Source: Myxococcales bacterium (lineage in GTDB: Bacteria; Myxococcota_A; Polyangia; Palsa-1104). Taken from it: a DNA stretch of 64,000 nucleotides. Every line of letters begins with the position of its first letter. The first letter of the stretch is position 1. The translations under genes and the position numbers were made by a program. Of the stretch, positions 18,050 through 30,402 are shown one piece after another. The stretch covers positions 47,389 through 111,388 of the forward strand of contig PNAM01000059.1 of the NCBI GenBank assembly GCA_003170275.1, given 5' to 3'. The notes under the pieces are model-generated. The model did no database searches, was not told the DNA's origin, and saw nothing but the letters and a program-made list of their open reading frames with translations.

Positions 18050-18538
18050 CTACGATTGAGGTGTCGGTTCGGATCGGCCATCGTCGACTTTCAGCCAGCG
18101 AGCCAGCAGTCTGTCGAGTGAGACCGCCCCCGGCCCCGCCACCGCGAGCCAGAGGAATAACATCAGGTAGGCAAACTCGTCGAGCCCAAAAAAATCGGTG
18201 AGCCCCTCGAGCTTGGCCCACTTGGCCGCGGCGATGGCCACCGCCATGGTGATCATCAGCGGCACGGCGGCGAGCCGCGTGAACAGCCCCGCGACCAGCA
18301 GGCAGCCGCCGAAGAACTCGGTCCCCGAGGCCAGCACCGCGTTGAAGTGCGGCAGCGGGATGTGCCAGCCGACGAAGTTTTCGGTGGTGCCGGGAAGGTC
18401 GTGCAGCTTGCCCCAGCCGGTCTCGATGAACACCGCGCCGAGCGCGACGCGCGCCACCAGCGGCGGCAGCCAGGTGAGCTTCTTGGCGATGGTCAGCATC
18501 AACCGGCGCAGGCGGGTCACGAGCGGCGGTAGGGTCAT
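18050..18538 (-). CDS. DoxX family membrane protein
   Basis: RVALGAVFIETGWGKL...FFGGCLLVAGLFTRLAA is a typical DoxX four-helix pattern. Confidence 0.85.
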   Translation of the reverse strand: MTLPPLVTRLRRLMLTIAKKLTWLPPLVARVALGAVFIETGWGKLHDLPGTTENFVGWHIPLPHFNAVLASGTEFFGGCLLVAGLFTRLAAVPLMITMAVAIAAAKWAKLEGLTDFFGLDEFAYLMLFLWLAVAGPGAVSLDRLLARWLKVDDGRSEPTPQS

Positions 18539-18616
18539 CCGCGGAGATTACGCCGGCGCGCGCGTGCGGTTTCGCGAAAAGATCGAGGTACGTGGTAGAT
18601 TCGCGACCCTAGGGGG

Positions 18617-19573
18617 TTGTCGATGCGCATGCGTTTGGTCCTCGGGATGGTGCTCTTGTGCGGTGCCCAGGTGCAGGCCGAAGAGGGCAAGCAGTTGCTC
18701 ACGCTCAAGGGCTCGGTCACCTGCCTGGCCATCAGCGCGGACGGCAAGTGGCTGGCCACCGGAAACTCCGACGGCAAGGTCGAGCTGTACGACGCCGCCA
18801 CCGGCAAGCTCACCGAGACGCTCGCCGCGCACGGCGAAGACGGCGTGCAGACGGTCGGCTTCAGCCCCGACGCCAAGCTGCTGGTGTCGACCGGCTCGGA
18901 TCGCGACTCGTCGCTCAAGATCTGGGACCTGGCGACCAAGAAAATGACCGCCAAGCTCAACGAGGCGACCAAGGCCAAGAGCGACGTGCTCTCGTCGGTC
19001 GCCTTCAGCCCCGACGGCAAGATGCTGGCGGCGGTGGGCAATCCGGGCATGCGCGTGTGGGACGTGGCGTCGAAGAAGCTGCTCGCGTCGACCAAGAGCG
19101 ACGTGATCGCCGGCGGCAAGCACATCGAGTTCTCGCACGACGGCAAGCTACTCGCCTGGTGCGGCTCCAAGTACGGCAACCCCGCGCACAAGAACTCGGT
19201 GCTGCTGTGGGACGTGGCGGGCGCCAAGCTGGCCGGCACGCTCTCCGATCACGCCGATCTGGTGTGGGGCTGCGCGTTCGCCGGGCCGGGCGTGCTGGTG
19301 AGCGGCTCGGAAGACAAGACCGTCAAGTTCTGGGACGTGACCGCGCGCAAGGTCACCGGCACCGCCAAGGACAACACCGACGCCATCACCACCGTCGCCG
19401 CCAGCCCCGACGGCAAGCGCATCGCGACCGCCGGCAACGACGGCGCGATCAAGGTGCGCGAGGTGCCGGGCGGCAAGGTGGTGGCGACGCAGAAGGGCTT
19501 CTGGGCGGCGTTCCTCGCCGACGGCAGCCTGGTCACCGCCGACAACGCCGTGCGGCTGTGGCACCTCAAGTAG
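18617..19573 (+). CDS. exported WD40-repeat protein
   Basis: Signal peptide LVLGMVLLCGAQVQA. About seven repeats of the type ...SPDGK.LA(T/S)...D..V.LWD. Confidence 0.8.
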   Translation: MSMRMRLVLGMVLLCGAQVQAEEGKQLLTLKGSVTCLAISADGKWLATGNSDGKVELYDAATGKLTETLAAHGEDGVQTVGFSPDAKLLVSTGSDRDSSLKIWDLATKKMTAKLNEATKAKSDVLSSVAFSPDGKMLAAVGNPGMRVWDVASKKLLASTKSDVIAGGKHIEFSHDGKLLAWCGSKYGNPAHKNSVLLWDVAGAKLAGTLSDHADLVWGCAFAGPGVLVSGSEDKTVKFWDVTARKVTGTAKDNTDAITTVAASPDGKRIATAGNDGAIKVREVPGGKVVATQKGFWAAFLADGSLVTADNAVRLWHLK

Positions 19574-19577
19574 CCGC

Positions 19578-20450
19578 GTGCTGAGGACGCTGCTCAGGCG
19601 CACATTTCCGGTCTGGGAGCGCCTCGGCTTTCACATCACGCCGAATCATTTCTACGAGCCGATTCCCGATACCCGCAAGCTCCCCGAGGAGCTGTGGTCG
19701 AGCCGTTCGGAGCTGGTGGGGATCGATCTGCGTTCAGCCGCGCAGCTCGCGCTGCTCGACGAGCTGGCGCGCGCGTACGGCGCGGACTGGGCGCGTTTTC
19801 CCCGAGACAAGACGGCCGACCCGCACGCCTACTACGTCGACAACCGGCAGTTCGAGGGCGTCGACGGTGAGATCCTCTACGGGCTGGTGCGCAAGCATCG
19901 CCCGCGCCGCGTGGTCGAGATCGGCAGCGGCTTCTCGACGCTGCTCACGGCGCAGGCGCTGCGCGACAACGGCGCCGGCGAGCTCGAGGCGATCGAGCCC
20001 TTCCCGCCACGCGTGCTGCGCCGCCATCCGCTGCCGCGCCCGGTGCGCCTGCGCGCGCAGCCGGTGCAGTCGGTGCCGCTTGCCGAGTTCGCAGCGCTCG
20101 CACCCGGCGACATCCTGTTCATCGATTCGAGCCACGTGGTCAAGACCGGCAGCGACGTGGTCTACGAGTTTCTCGAGATCCTGCCGCGCCTGGGCCCCGG
20201 CGTGCTGGTGCACGTGCACGACATCTTCCTGCCCGCCGAATACCCGCGCGCCTGGATCAAGGAGGAGCGCCGCTTCTGGACCGAGCAATATCTGCTCCAG
20301 GCGTTCCTGGCCTTCAACACCCGCTTCGAGGTGGTCTGGGCCTCGAGCTACATGCACCTGACGCAGCCCGACGCCCTCGAAGCCGCCATCCCCTCCTACC
20401 GTCGCGACCGCCGCTGGCCCGGCAGCTTCTGGCTCCGCCGCGTGGGCTAG
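19578..20450 (+). CDS. class I SAM-dependent methyltransferase
   Basis: VVEIGSGFSTLL (SAM motif I) and IDSSHVVKTGSDV. The N-terminus HITPNHFYEPIPD is common in this methyltransferase subfamily. GTG start. Confidence 0.7.
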   Translation: MLRTLLRRTFPVWERLGFHITPNHFYEPIPDTRKLPEELWSSRSELVGIDLRSAAQLALLDELARAYGADWARFPRDKTADPHAYYVDNRQFEGVDGEILYGLVRKHRPRRVVEIGSGFSTLLTAQALRDNGAGELEAIEPFPPRVLRRHPLPRPVRLRAQPVQSVPLAEFAALAPGDILFIDSSHVVKTGSDVVYEFLEILPRLGPGVLVHVHDIFLPAEYPRAWIKEERRFWTEQYLLQAFLAFNTRFEVVWASSYMHLTQPDALEAAIPSYRRDRRWPGSFWLRRVG

Positions 20451-20560
20451 ATCCACCGCTGATTTTTGAGGGCCCCTGACAGAATTGTCCGGGGCGTAGG
20501 CGCCGACCCGCGGAGATCGCGGGGCCTTCGATTGGCGCGCCGCTTGCTCTTGGGGCGGAT

Positions 20561-21463
20561 ATGAGACGAGACGCGCTTCGCTTGTTCTTCCAACGACTGG
20601 TCCTGGCGACGCTGCCGCTCACGGCGGGCTGCTCGACGCAGGTGGACGGCGGCAACCCCGATCTGGCGTCGACCGGCGTGATCGTCCTCGACGGCGGATT
20701 TCCCGACGGCGGCAACTGCAGCGACTACTGCGCGGCCCCCGAGCGGTGCATCATCACGCCCACCGACGCGGGCACCACGCTGATCCAGTGCTACACGGAT
20801 CACACCGGGCGGCGACCGGCTACGTTGCGACCGGCGGCGCTGGCGGCCGGCGAGAGCGAGCTGGGGCGGCTGTTCGCGCAGATGGCCCATCTCGAGGCGG
20901 CGTCGGTGCACGCGTTTCAGACGCTCGCTGGCGAGCTGCGCGCGTACGGTGCGACGGACCGGCTGGTGGCCGCGGCGCTGCGTGCGGCGGACGACGAGGT
21001 TCGCCACACGCGGCTGATGTCGGGGTTGGCGCGTCAGTTCGGCGGGCAGCCGGTCGCGCCCGAGGTCGATCCACCGGCCAGCCGTTCGCTCGAGGAGATC
21101 GCCCTCGAGAACGCCGTGGAAGGGTGCGTCAGGGAGAGCTTCGGCGCGCTGGTCGCCACCTGGCAGGCGCACGCGGCGTGCGACCCGACGGTGCGGCGCG
21201 CGATGATGGTGATCGCCGCCGACGAGACGCGCCATGCCGAGCTCGCCTGGTCCATCGCCGGCTGGTCCGGCACCCGGCTCGACGGCACGGCGCGAGCGCG
21301 CGTCGCCGAAGCGCGCCAGGCCGCGCTCTCCCATCTGCGCCTCGAAACCACCCGGGAGCCGGGCGCGGAGTTGGTGTCGCGCGCCGGCGTTCCGTCCACC
21401 GCGCATGCACAGACGCTCCTTGCCGCCTTCACGCTCGAGGTCGAGCGCCGCGCCGCAGCCTAG
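20561..21463 (+). CDS. ferritin-like domain lipoprotein
   Basis: Lipobox LTAGC. Paired EAASVHAF...DEVRH and ENAVEGCV...DETRH motifs resemble di-iron ferritin-like four-helix bundles. Confidence 0.6.
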   Translation: MRRDALRLFFQRLVLATLPLTAGCSTQVDGGNPDLASTGVIVLDGGFPDGGNCSDYCAAPERCIITPTDAGTTLIQCYTDHTGRRPATLRPAALAAGESELGRLFAQMAHLEAASVHAFQTLAGELRAYGATDRLVAAALRAADDEVRHTRLMSGLARQFGGQPVAPEVDPPASRSLEEIALENAVEGCVRESFGALVATWQAHAACDPTVRRAMMVIAADETRHAELAWSIAGWSGTRLDGTARARVAEARQAALSHLRLETTREPGAELVSRAGVPSTAHAQTLLAAFTLEVERRAAA

Positions 21464-21472
21464 CCGGGAGCG

Positions 21473-22549
21473 CTACAAGAGACGCGTGCCGGGGCGCGGC
21501 GGGTCGGTCCAGTCGATCAGCTCGTAGAGCTTGCGCTCGACATAGAGCGAGACCAGCTGCGGATCGAGGTGCGTACCGGCGAGCCCCAAGAAGGTCTCGA
21601 CGCAGCGGTCGAGCGGGACCGCGGTGCGATAGGGCCGGTCGGTGGCCAGCGCGTCCCAGGTATCGGCGACCGCCAGGATGCGCGCCTCGATGGGAATGTT
21701 GGCACCCGAGAGCGCGTCCGGATGGCCCATGCCGTCCCAACGCTCGTGGTGGTGGCGCACCGCCGCGAGCACCGACGGCGCCAGCCCGGCGCGCCGTACG
21801 ATCTGGAAGCTCGACTCGACATGGTGCCGCACCGCCATCCGCTCGGCGTCGGTGAGCGCGCGCCGCACCTGCAGCAGCGTCGAGTCGAGCGCGAGCTCGC
21901 CGACGTCGTGCACCAGCGCCGCGTCCTCGACCGCCTCGAGCGCCGCGCCGGTCAGCCCCGCCTCGCGGCCCAGAACGCCGGCGAGCGCCGAGACGCGCGC
22001 GCCGTGGCCCGACGAGTGGCCCGCCTTCGCCTCGACCATCTCGGCCAGCGTGAGCAGCACGCGCCGCTCGGCCGAGCGCCCCGGCGCAGGCACTTCGCGC
22101 GCTTCCCCGTCGGGCGCGGCCTGAATGAACGGGTTGACCGTCTTCTGCGTGTCGTCGCGCGGCGGCTCGGGCTGAAGCCAGCGCACCGCGTGCTCGACCA
22201 GCGACGCCACCAGCGGCTTGGCGAAGAACGGCCGCGCGATCAACTGGTAGCGCGCCTCCTTGGCCGCGGCGACCAGCTGCGGCGTCCGCTCCGCGCGCGC
22301 CAACAGGATGCGCAGCGCCTTGGGCTGCGAGCGCTCGGCCTCGAGCAGCAAGGTCGCGCCCGGCACGTCGGCGAGCCGCTCGTCGTCGACCACCACCGCC
22401 GCGTACTCGCGCTCGCCGAGCGCCACCAGCGCCTGGCTCGCCGAGCGCACCGTGTCGATCGCGTACGGCGTGTCGCGCAAGAGCCGGCGCAACACCAGCA
22501 AGTCCGAGACATCGTCGTCGGCGATCAAGACGCGCGGGGCGGCTGGCAT
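21473..22549 (-). CDS. response regulator with HD-GYP phosphodiesterase domain
   Basis: REC N-terminus VLIADDDVSDLLVL. HD-GYP motifs LVHDVGE and HHERWDGMGHP. Confidence 0.85.
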   Translation of the reverse strand: MPAAPRVLIADDDVSDLLVLRRLLRDTPYAIDTVRSASQALVALGEREYAAVVVDDERLADVPGATLLLEAERSQPKALRILLARAERTPQLVAAAKEARYQLIARPFFAKPLVASLVEHAVRWLQPEPPRDDTQKTVNPFIQAAPDGEAREVPAPGRSAERRVLLTLAEMVEAKAGHSSGHGARVSALAGVLGREAGLTGAALEAVEDAALVHDVGELALDSTLLQVRRALTDAERMAVRHHVESSFQIVRRAGLAPSVLAAVRHHHERWDGMGHPDALSGANIPIEARILAVADTWDALATDRPYRTAVPLDRCVETFLGLAGTHLDPQLVSLYVERKLYELIDWTDPPRPGTRLL

Positions 22550-22610
22550 CCCCGCATTTCACCACGCCGCCGGCAAGCCGACAACCGTCGTTCTGTGATA
22601 TGACCAGCGC

Positions 22611-23150
22611 ATGGCGCAAGGCGTTCCGGCCGTCGGTGAGACGGCACCGGCCTTCGACCTCGACGACGCGCGCGGCGAACGGCTGACCCTCGAGCGGTTT
22701 CGCGGCCGCAAGGTCGCGCTGATCTTCCTGCGCCACCTGGGCTGCCCGATCTGCCGCATGGAGCTGGCCAACCTCCAGCGTCGCCAGGACGAGCTCGCGC
22801 AGCGCAAGGCCGAGGTGGTCGTGTTCGTCGAGTCGCCCGCCGAGAGCGTGAGCGAGTTCGCGCGCCGCAAGGACGTGCGCTTCCATGTGGTCGCCGACGC
22901 CCAGCACGCCGTCTACTCCGCCTACGGCATCGAGCGCGGCACGCTCGCCGCGTTCCTCGCACCCGGCGCGCTCGGCAAAGCGTTGCGCGCCACCTTCCGC
23001 GGCCACCTGCACGGCCGCTGCGAAGGCTCCGAGTTGCAGCTCCCGGGCGACTTCATCGTCGACGCCGAGGGCAAGATCGCGTTCGCGCATCGGGGCACGC
23101 ACATCGGCGACAACACGCCGCTCGACACCTTGCTGCAAGCGCTGGGCTGA
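22611..23150 (+). CDS. peroxiredoxin-like (AhpC/TSA / redoxin) protein
   Basis: GETAPAFDL...GRKVALIFLRHLGCPICR thioredoxin-fold motif. Confidence 0.8.
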   Translation: MAQGVPAVGETAPAFDLDDARGERLTLERFRGRKVALIFLRHLGCPICRMELANLQRRQDELAQRKAEVVVFVESPAESVSEFARRKDVRFHVVADAQHAVYSAYGIERGTLAAFLAPGALGKALRATFRGHLHGRCEGSELQLPGDFIVDAEGKIAFAHRGTHIGDNTPLDTLLQALG

Positions 23151-24114
23151 TGGCGGCGGTGCGCGCCCAGCTCGCCGACCTGATCGCCGCGCAGCGCTCG
23201 CTGCTGGTCGCCAGCGCGCGCTCGGGCGGGCTGTGTCAGCTGCGCACGCGCTCGCTGCCCGATCGGGTGACGCGCGAGGCCGAGGGCTTCGTCAAGCTGG
23301 TCGAGCGGGCGCTCGCCGAGGCGCCGCCCGCGCGCCTGCTCTCGCTGGTTCGCGAGCAAGTGCGCCAGGGCTCGTTCGCCTGCGCGAGCAAGGAAGTGGG
23401 AGCGGTCTTCAAGCTCTGGCGACAATTGTTCGAGGTGGCGGTGGCGCGCTCGAGCGCCGCGCGGCGAGTGCTCGAGCGCGTCTGCGACGAGCTCGAGGCG
23501 CTGGTGCGACAAGAGCTGCGCTCGTGGCAGGCCCGTCGCTTCGATCTGGTGGTGGTTGGCGCGTCAGCGGGCGGCGTGACCGCGCTCGAGGCGCTGCTCG
23601 CCTCGCTCGACGTCGATCTGCCGGTCAGCCTGCTGTTGGTGCTGCACATCAGCCAGCGCGCCCCCGGCGTGCTGCCGCTGGTGCTGGCGCGCCACGCCAA
23701 GCTGTCGGTGGCCTACGCGGTGGAGGGCGCCTGCCTGCTCCTCGGACAGGCGTACGTGGCGCCGCCGGGTCGACACCTGATCACCCAGGGCTGCGAGATG
23801 CGGCTCCTCAAGGGCCCGCCGGTCAACCACGTGTGCCCGTCGGTGGACGTGCTCTTCGAGTCGGCGGCCAGCGTGCACTGCCGGCGCCTCATCTCGGTGG
23901 TGCTGTCGGGCACCGGCCGCGACGGCGCTGCCGGGACCGTCGCGGTGCGCGAGCACGGAGGCGTGACCCTCGCCGAGGATCCGAAGACCGCGCAGTTCGC
24001 CGGCATGCCCGAATCGGCGGTGGCCACCGGCGCGACCATGCACACCATGCCGCTGGCCGAGATCGGACCGGCGCTGAGCCGCATGATCGCCCGCGGACGA
24101 GCGGCGGGTCGGGA

Positions 24115-24118
<4 letters not shown>
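23150..24118 (+). CDS. CheB-type methylesterase domain protein with non-REC helical N-terminal domain
   Basis: VVVGASAGGVTALEALL, SVDVLFESAA and LSGTGRDGAAG are CheB catalytic-domain motifs. 1-nt overlap (TGATG) with the upstream gene. Confidence 0.8.
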
Positions 24119-26138
<2,020 letters not shown>

Positions 26139-26142
<4 letters not shown>

Positions 26143-27782
26143 AGAAGCGCGTTCCGACCGGGCGAGCGAGCGATTCGTTCGCCGGCGATCCGCGCTCGGT
26201 CCGCAAGTACACCGAGCTGTGCGCCAAGTACAAGCTGCTCGTCGAGAAACAGCGCACGCAGTCGATCGAGCGCATCGGCGTGTACAAGCTGGCGCGCTGG
26301 GCGATGCGCACCAGCTCGAGCGGCCTGGCGCTGGTCTCCAAGGGCGCGATCCTGGTGCAGAACGCGCGCTGGCTGGAGCTCAGCGGCGATCCCTCCAACT
26401 GGTGGAGCTGGCGGCCGCTGCAGCTCCACCGCGCCGACGCGCGTCCGTTCTCGTCGCTGCGCGAGCTGACGCTCGAGGAGGCGCGCCATTGGCAGACCGC
26501 GCGCGGCGACGTGGCGGTGGTGCGCTTCATGCGGTCGGATCAGGCGCAGACCATCGAGGTGCGGCTCGAGCGTGACGCGGCCGTGGCGGGCGATCCGATC
26601 GTGGCGGTGCTGGTGCACGACGTGACCGTGCAGGTGCACGACGAGCTCGAGCTGGCGCGCGCCCGCGAGCTGCTCGCCAACGAGGAGCGCATGCGCGCGC
26701 TCGGCGAGGTCACCTCCGGCGTCGCGCACGATCTGAACAACACGCTGCACGCGATCCGCATGCGGCTGGAGATGGCGCGGCTGGACTCGGGGTCGGCGAC
26801 CAAGTTGAGCGAGCACCTCGAGGCGGCGCACCGCATCCTCGGCGGCGTGGTCGAGCGTGTGAGCCTGCTGCAAGACTTCGCGCGCCGGCGCAAGGATCGG
26901 CCGCTCGGATCGGTCGATCTACGTCAGGCGATCGAGGGCGCGATCGAAGCAGCGCGTCCGGCGCTCGAGGAGGCGCGCGTCACCGGCGTGCCCATCGAGG
27001 TGGCCCGCACGCTGCCCGCGCTGCCGCAGGTGATCGGCTCGGCCGCCGAGGTGCGGCACGTGTTCCTCAACTTGATCCTCAACGCCTGCGACGCGATGCC
27101 CAGAGGCGGCACGGTGCGGGTGGCGGCGCGCCCGAACGGCCAGGCGGTCGTCGTCACGGTGAGCGACGAGGGCACCGGCATCGCGACGGCGGATCTGCCG
27201 CGCGTCTTCGATCCGTTCTTCAGCACCAAGGACGAGCACGGCTCGGGCCTGGGCTTGTCGATGGCCTACGGGGTGATGACGCGCATGGGCGGCGAGATCT
27301 CGGCGGCCAACGGTGAGTCGGGCGGCGCGTGCTTTACGCTGCGCTTCCCGATCGCGGCGCGGCCTGCGACCCGGCGGCCGAAGCCTGCGCGCAAGAAGAC
27401 GGTGCGCGCGCTGTCGATCCTGCTGGTCGACGATGAGCCCGAGAACCTGCGCAGCCTCAAGCGGATCCTGGCGGCGAAGGGTCACGACGTCGACACCGCG
27501 ACGTCGGGCGCGGGCGGGCTCGAGCGGACGCGCAAGCGTTCGTATCAGCTGGTCGTCAGCGATCTGCGCATGCCCAAGATGGACGGTTGGCAGCTGGCGG
27601 CGCAGCTCGGCAAGCTCGAGCCGCGCCCGCCCGTGTGGCTGCTGACCGGCTGGGCGCACGAGATCTCGCCGGAAGACCCGCGGCGATCGCTGGTCGCCGC
27701 CGTGCTCGCCAAGCCGATCGACTTCGCCCGGCTCGACGAGCTGCTCGCCCGCCTCGCCGAGCAGCTCGAGCACGCCCGCTAG
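26139..27782 (+). CDS. hybrid sensor histidine kinase / response regulator
   Basis: H-box VAHDLNNTLHAI. HATPase N/G boxes LNLILNACDAM and DEGTGI...GSGLGL. C-terminal REC ILLVDDEP...VVSDLRMPKMDG. Confidence 0.85.
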
Positions 27783-27789
27783 TCGCCCG

Positions 27790-28428
27790 CTAGTCGCGGA
27801 TCAGGCCGTTGAGGGCGGCGAAACGGATCAGCTCGGCGACCGAGTGCAGGCTGAGCTTGCGGTGGATGCGCGAGCGGTGCGTCTCGACCGTCTTGACGCT
27901 GATGCCCAGCTCCTTGCCGACCAGCTGGTTGGTGAAGCCGCGCACCAGCAGCTCGAACACCTCGTGCTCGCGGCTGGAGAGCGCATCGAGCGGATGATCG
28001 TTCTTGCTGCGGCTGCGCGTGAGCACCGCCTGCGAGAAAGCGGGCGGCAGGTACGCGCTGCCGCGGCCCACGGTGCGGACCGCGTCGATCACTTCCTCCG
28101 ACGGCTGGCTCTTCATCGCATAACCGGTCGCGCCGGCCTCGATCGCTTGCGCGGCGTACTCTTCGCGCGCGTGCACGCTGAGGATCAGCACCTTGCCCTC
28201 GGGGGCGCGTCGCTTGAGCTCGCGCGTCGCCGAAAATCCGTCCACGCCCGGCAGCGTGATGTCGAGGACCACCAGGTCCGGCCGGATCGACTCGATCATC
28301 GGGTAGGCCTGGCGCGCGCTCGACGCCTCGGCGACTACCTTGAAGTCTTTCTGGCGCTCGAGCAGGCTACGGAGTCCCTCCCGAAAGATCGGGTGGTCGT
28401 CGACGAGCGCGATCCGGAGGTTGGGCAT
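27790..28428 (-). CDS. NarL/LuxR-family response regulator
   Basis: REC IALVDDHPIFREGL...VVLDITLPGVDG plus LuxR HTH LSSREHEVFELLVRGFTNQLVGKELGISVKTVETHR. Confidence 0.9.
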   Translation of the reverse strand: MPNLRIALVDDHPIFREGLRSLLERQKDFKVVAEASSARQAYPMIESIRPDLVVLDITLPGVDGFSATRELKRRAPEGKVLILSVHAREEYAAQAIEAGATGYAMKSQPSEEVIDAVRTVGRGSAYLPPAFSQAVLTRSRSKNDHPLDALSSREHEVFELLVRGFTNQLVGKELGISVKTVETHRSRIHRKLSLHSVAELIRFAALNGLIRD

Positions 28429-28495
28429 GGGATTTTGTCTGACCAGTTCTCTATAGTTAACCACACCTTACGTAGGAACGCACGGAAGCGATTGG

Positions 28496-29500
28496 CTAAC
28501 CTTCTTCGAGCGCGCCCTTGAGCCCGTCGGAGATCAGGTTGCACGCGAGCACGGTCAGCGCGATGGCCACCGTCGGTGGGGCGAGCAGCCACCAGCTCCC
28601 GCCCGCAGCCTGCGCCTGCGAGAGCAGCTCGCCCCAACTGGCGCGCGGCGGCGGCACGCCGAAGCCGAGGAAGGTGAGCGCGGTCTCGACCAGCACCGCC
28701 TGCGCGACGCCGAACGCGCCCGCTACCAGCGCCGGCGCGGCCGCCAGCGGAGCGATGTGCGCGAGCGCGATGCGCGTCTGCGAGGCGCCTACAGCGCGCG
28801 CCGCTTCGACGTGCGGAGACGCCGCCGCCCGCAGCGCCTCGGCGCGCACCAGCCGCGCGACGTGCGGCCACTGCGTGAGCGCGATCGCCACGCCGACCTC
28901 GACCAGCGACGCGCTCGCGGTCAGTCCCTGGATCGCCAGCAGCAGGAACAGCGTCGGAAAGGTCAGGCCGATCTCGATCAGCCGGCCGAGCACCAGATCG
29001 GTGCGCCGCCCGAGCGACGAGCCCACGCCGACGATCATCCCGATCAACAGATAGAGCGCCACCGCGAGCGGTCCCACCTCGAGCGCCACGCGCGTACCGT
29101 GCAGCAGGCGCGCCGCCACGTCGCGGCCGCGATCGTCGGTGCCAAGCCAGTGCGCGCGCGAGGGCGCGTCGAGCACCGCGGTCGCGCCGCCCGGATGCTG
29201 CGCGGCGGGGCCATACGGCACCGGTGTCGCCAGCGACCAATCGGGCGCGCGCAGGCGCCGGGCGAGCGTCTGGTTGTCGTCGCCTGCGAGCGCGTCCGGC
29301 CGGGTCACGCACGGCAACAGGTAGAGCGTGCCGTCGACGCGCGCGGCCAGCGGCAGATCCGAGGCCAGGAGATCTGCGCCCAGCGCGACGAGCACCAGCG
29401 CCGCCGCCAGCCACAGCCCCGCGCGCGCGCCGCGCACCCGCCGATAGCGACGATGAAAGCGCGCCCAGCTTGTAGTCCCTTTGGGGCTCAGCTCGCTCAT
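28496..29500 (-). CDS. ABC transporter permease (DppC/OppC-like)
   Basis: BPD_transp_1 pattern LGTDDRGRDV...EAARAVGAS. ATGA overlap with the upstream permease gene. Confidence 0.85.
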   Translation of the reverse strand: MSELSPKGTTSWARFHRRYRRVRGARAGLWLAAALVLVALGADLLASDLPLAARVDGTLYLLPCVTRPDALAGDDNQTLARRLRAPDWSLATPVPYGPAAQHPGGATAVLDAPSRAHWLGTDDRGRDVAARLLHGTRVALEVGPLAVALYLLIGMIVGVGSSLGRRTDLVLGRLIEIGLTFPTLFLLLAIQGLTASASLVEVGVAIALTQWPHVARLVRAEALRAAASPHVEAARAVGASQTRIALAHIAPLAAAPALVAGAFGVAQAVLVETALTFLGFGVPPPRASWGELLSQAQAAGGSWWLLAPPTVAIALTVLACNLISDGLKGALEEG

Positions 29501-30402
29501 GAGCCGCTCCGGCGCAGCCGCGGATCGAGCAGCCCGTACGCGGCGTCGGCGGCGAGCACGCCGGCGAGCGTCACCAGCGCGCCGAGCGTGGTGAGCCCGA
29601 GCAGCACCGGATAGTCGCGCGCCAGCACCGCGTCGAAGCCGAGCAGGCCGAGCCCGTGCACGCCGAACACCTGCTCGACGATCACGCTGCCCGAGAGCAG
29701 CGCCGGCAGCTCCGCGCCGAGCAGCGTCACCATCGGCAAGAGCGCGTTGCGCAGCGCGTGGCGCGCGATCACCCGCGTGGGCGAGGCGCCGGTCGCGCGC
29801 GCGGTGCGGATGTAATCGGCGCGCAGCGCGGTGAGCAGCGCGCCGCGCTGGTAGCGCGACAACCGCACCAGCGCCGCCAGCGACAGACAGCTCGCCGCCG
29901 ACAGCAGCACCAGCGGCCCGCGGCCATACGGCGCGCCCGCGCCGAGCGCGAGCATGGCCACCGCCGCCACCGGGATCGCGTACAGCACGTACAGCCCGCC
30001 CGTGCCCACGCGCGTCCAGCGCCGGCCGTCGCCCGCCGCCAGCGCGCAACCGAGCGGCACCGCGATCAGGTACGACAGCAGCACCGCCAGCAGCGCCAGC
30101 GCGAGGGTCGCCGGCAGCGCCTCGGCGAGCTTCTCGCGCACCGGCCGCCCGTCGACCATCGACTCACCGAAGTCGAGCCGCAGCGATCGTCCGAGCCACG
30201 CCAGGTAGCGCGGTCCGAGCGGCCGGTCGAGCTCGTACGCGTGCCGGAACGCCGCGATCGACTCGGCGGTGACGCCGCGCCCCGCCCCCGCGCGCACCTC
30301 GGCCGGATCGCCGGGCGCCACGTGAATCAGCAGGAAGGTCGCCAGCGTGATGCCGATCAACGTCGGCGGCACCAGCAACAGGCGGCGCGCTACTCCACCC
30401 AC
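29497..30402 (-). CDS. ABC transporter permease (DppB/OppB-like)
   Basis: N-terminus RRLLLVPPTLIGITLATFLLIH and the EAA-like motif DYIRTARATGAS. GTG start at 30402 inferred. Confidence 0.8.
   Translation of the reverse strand: MGGVARRLLLVPPTLIGITLATFLLIHVAPGDPAEVRAGAGRGVTAESIAAFRHAYELDRPLGPRYLAWLGRSLRLDFGESMVDGRPVREKLAEALPATLALALLAVLLSYLIAVPLGCALAAGDGRRWTRVGTGGLYVLYAIPVAAVAMLALGAGAPYGRGPLVLLSAASCLSLAALVRLSRYQRGALLTALRADYIRTARATGASPTRVIARHALRNALLPMVTLLGAELPALLSGSVIVEQVFGVHGLGLLGFDAVLARDYPVLLGLTTLGALVTLAGVLAADAAYGLLDPRLRRSGS

Noticed and set aside
20746-23138. ORFs 20746..21855(+), 21429..23138(-) and 21569..22603(+)
   Set aside because: They are alternate-frame or antisense shadows of the ferritin-like, HD-GYP and peroxiredoxin genes, with low-complexity Arg/Ala-rich products.
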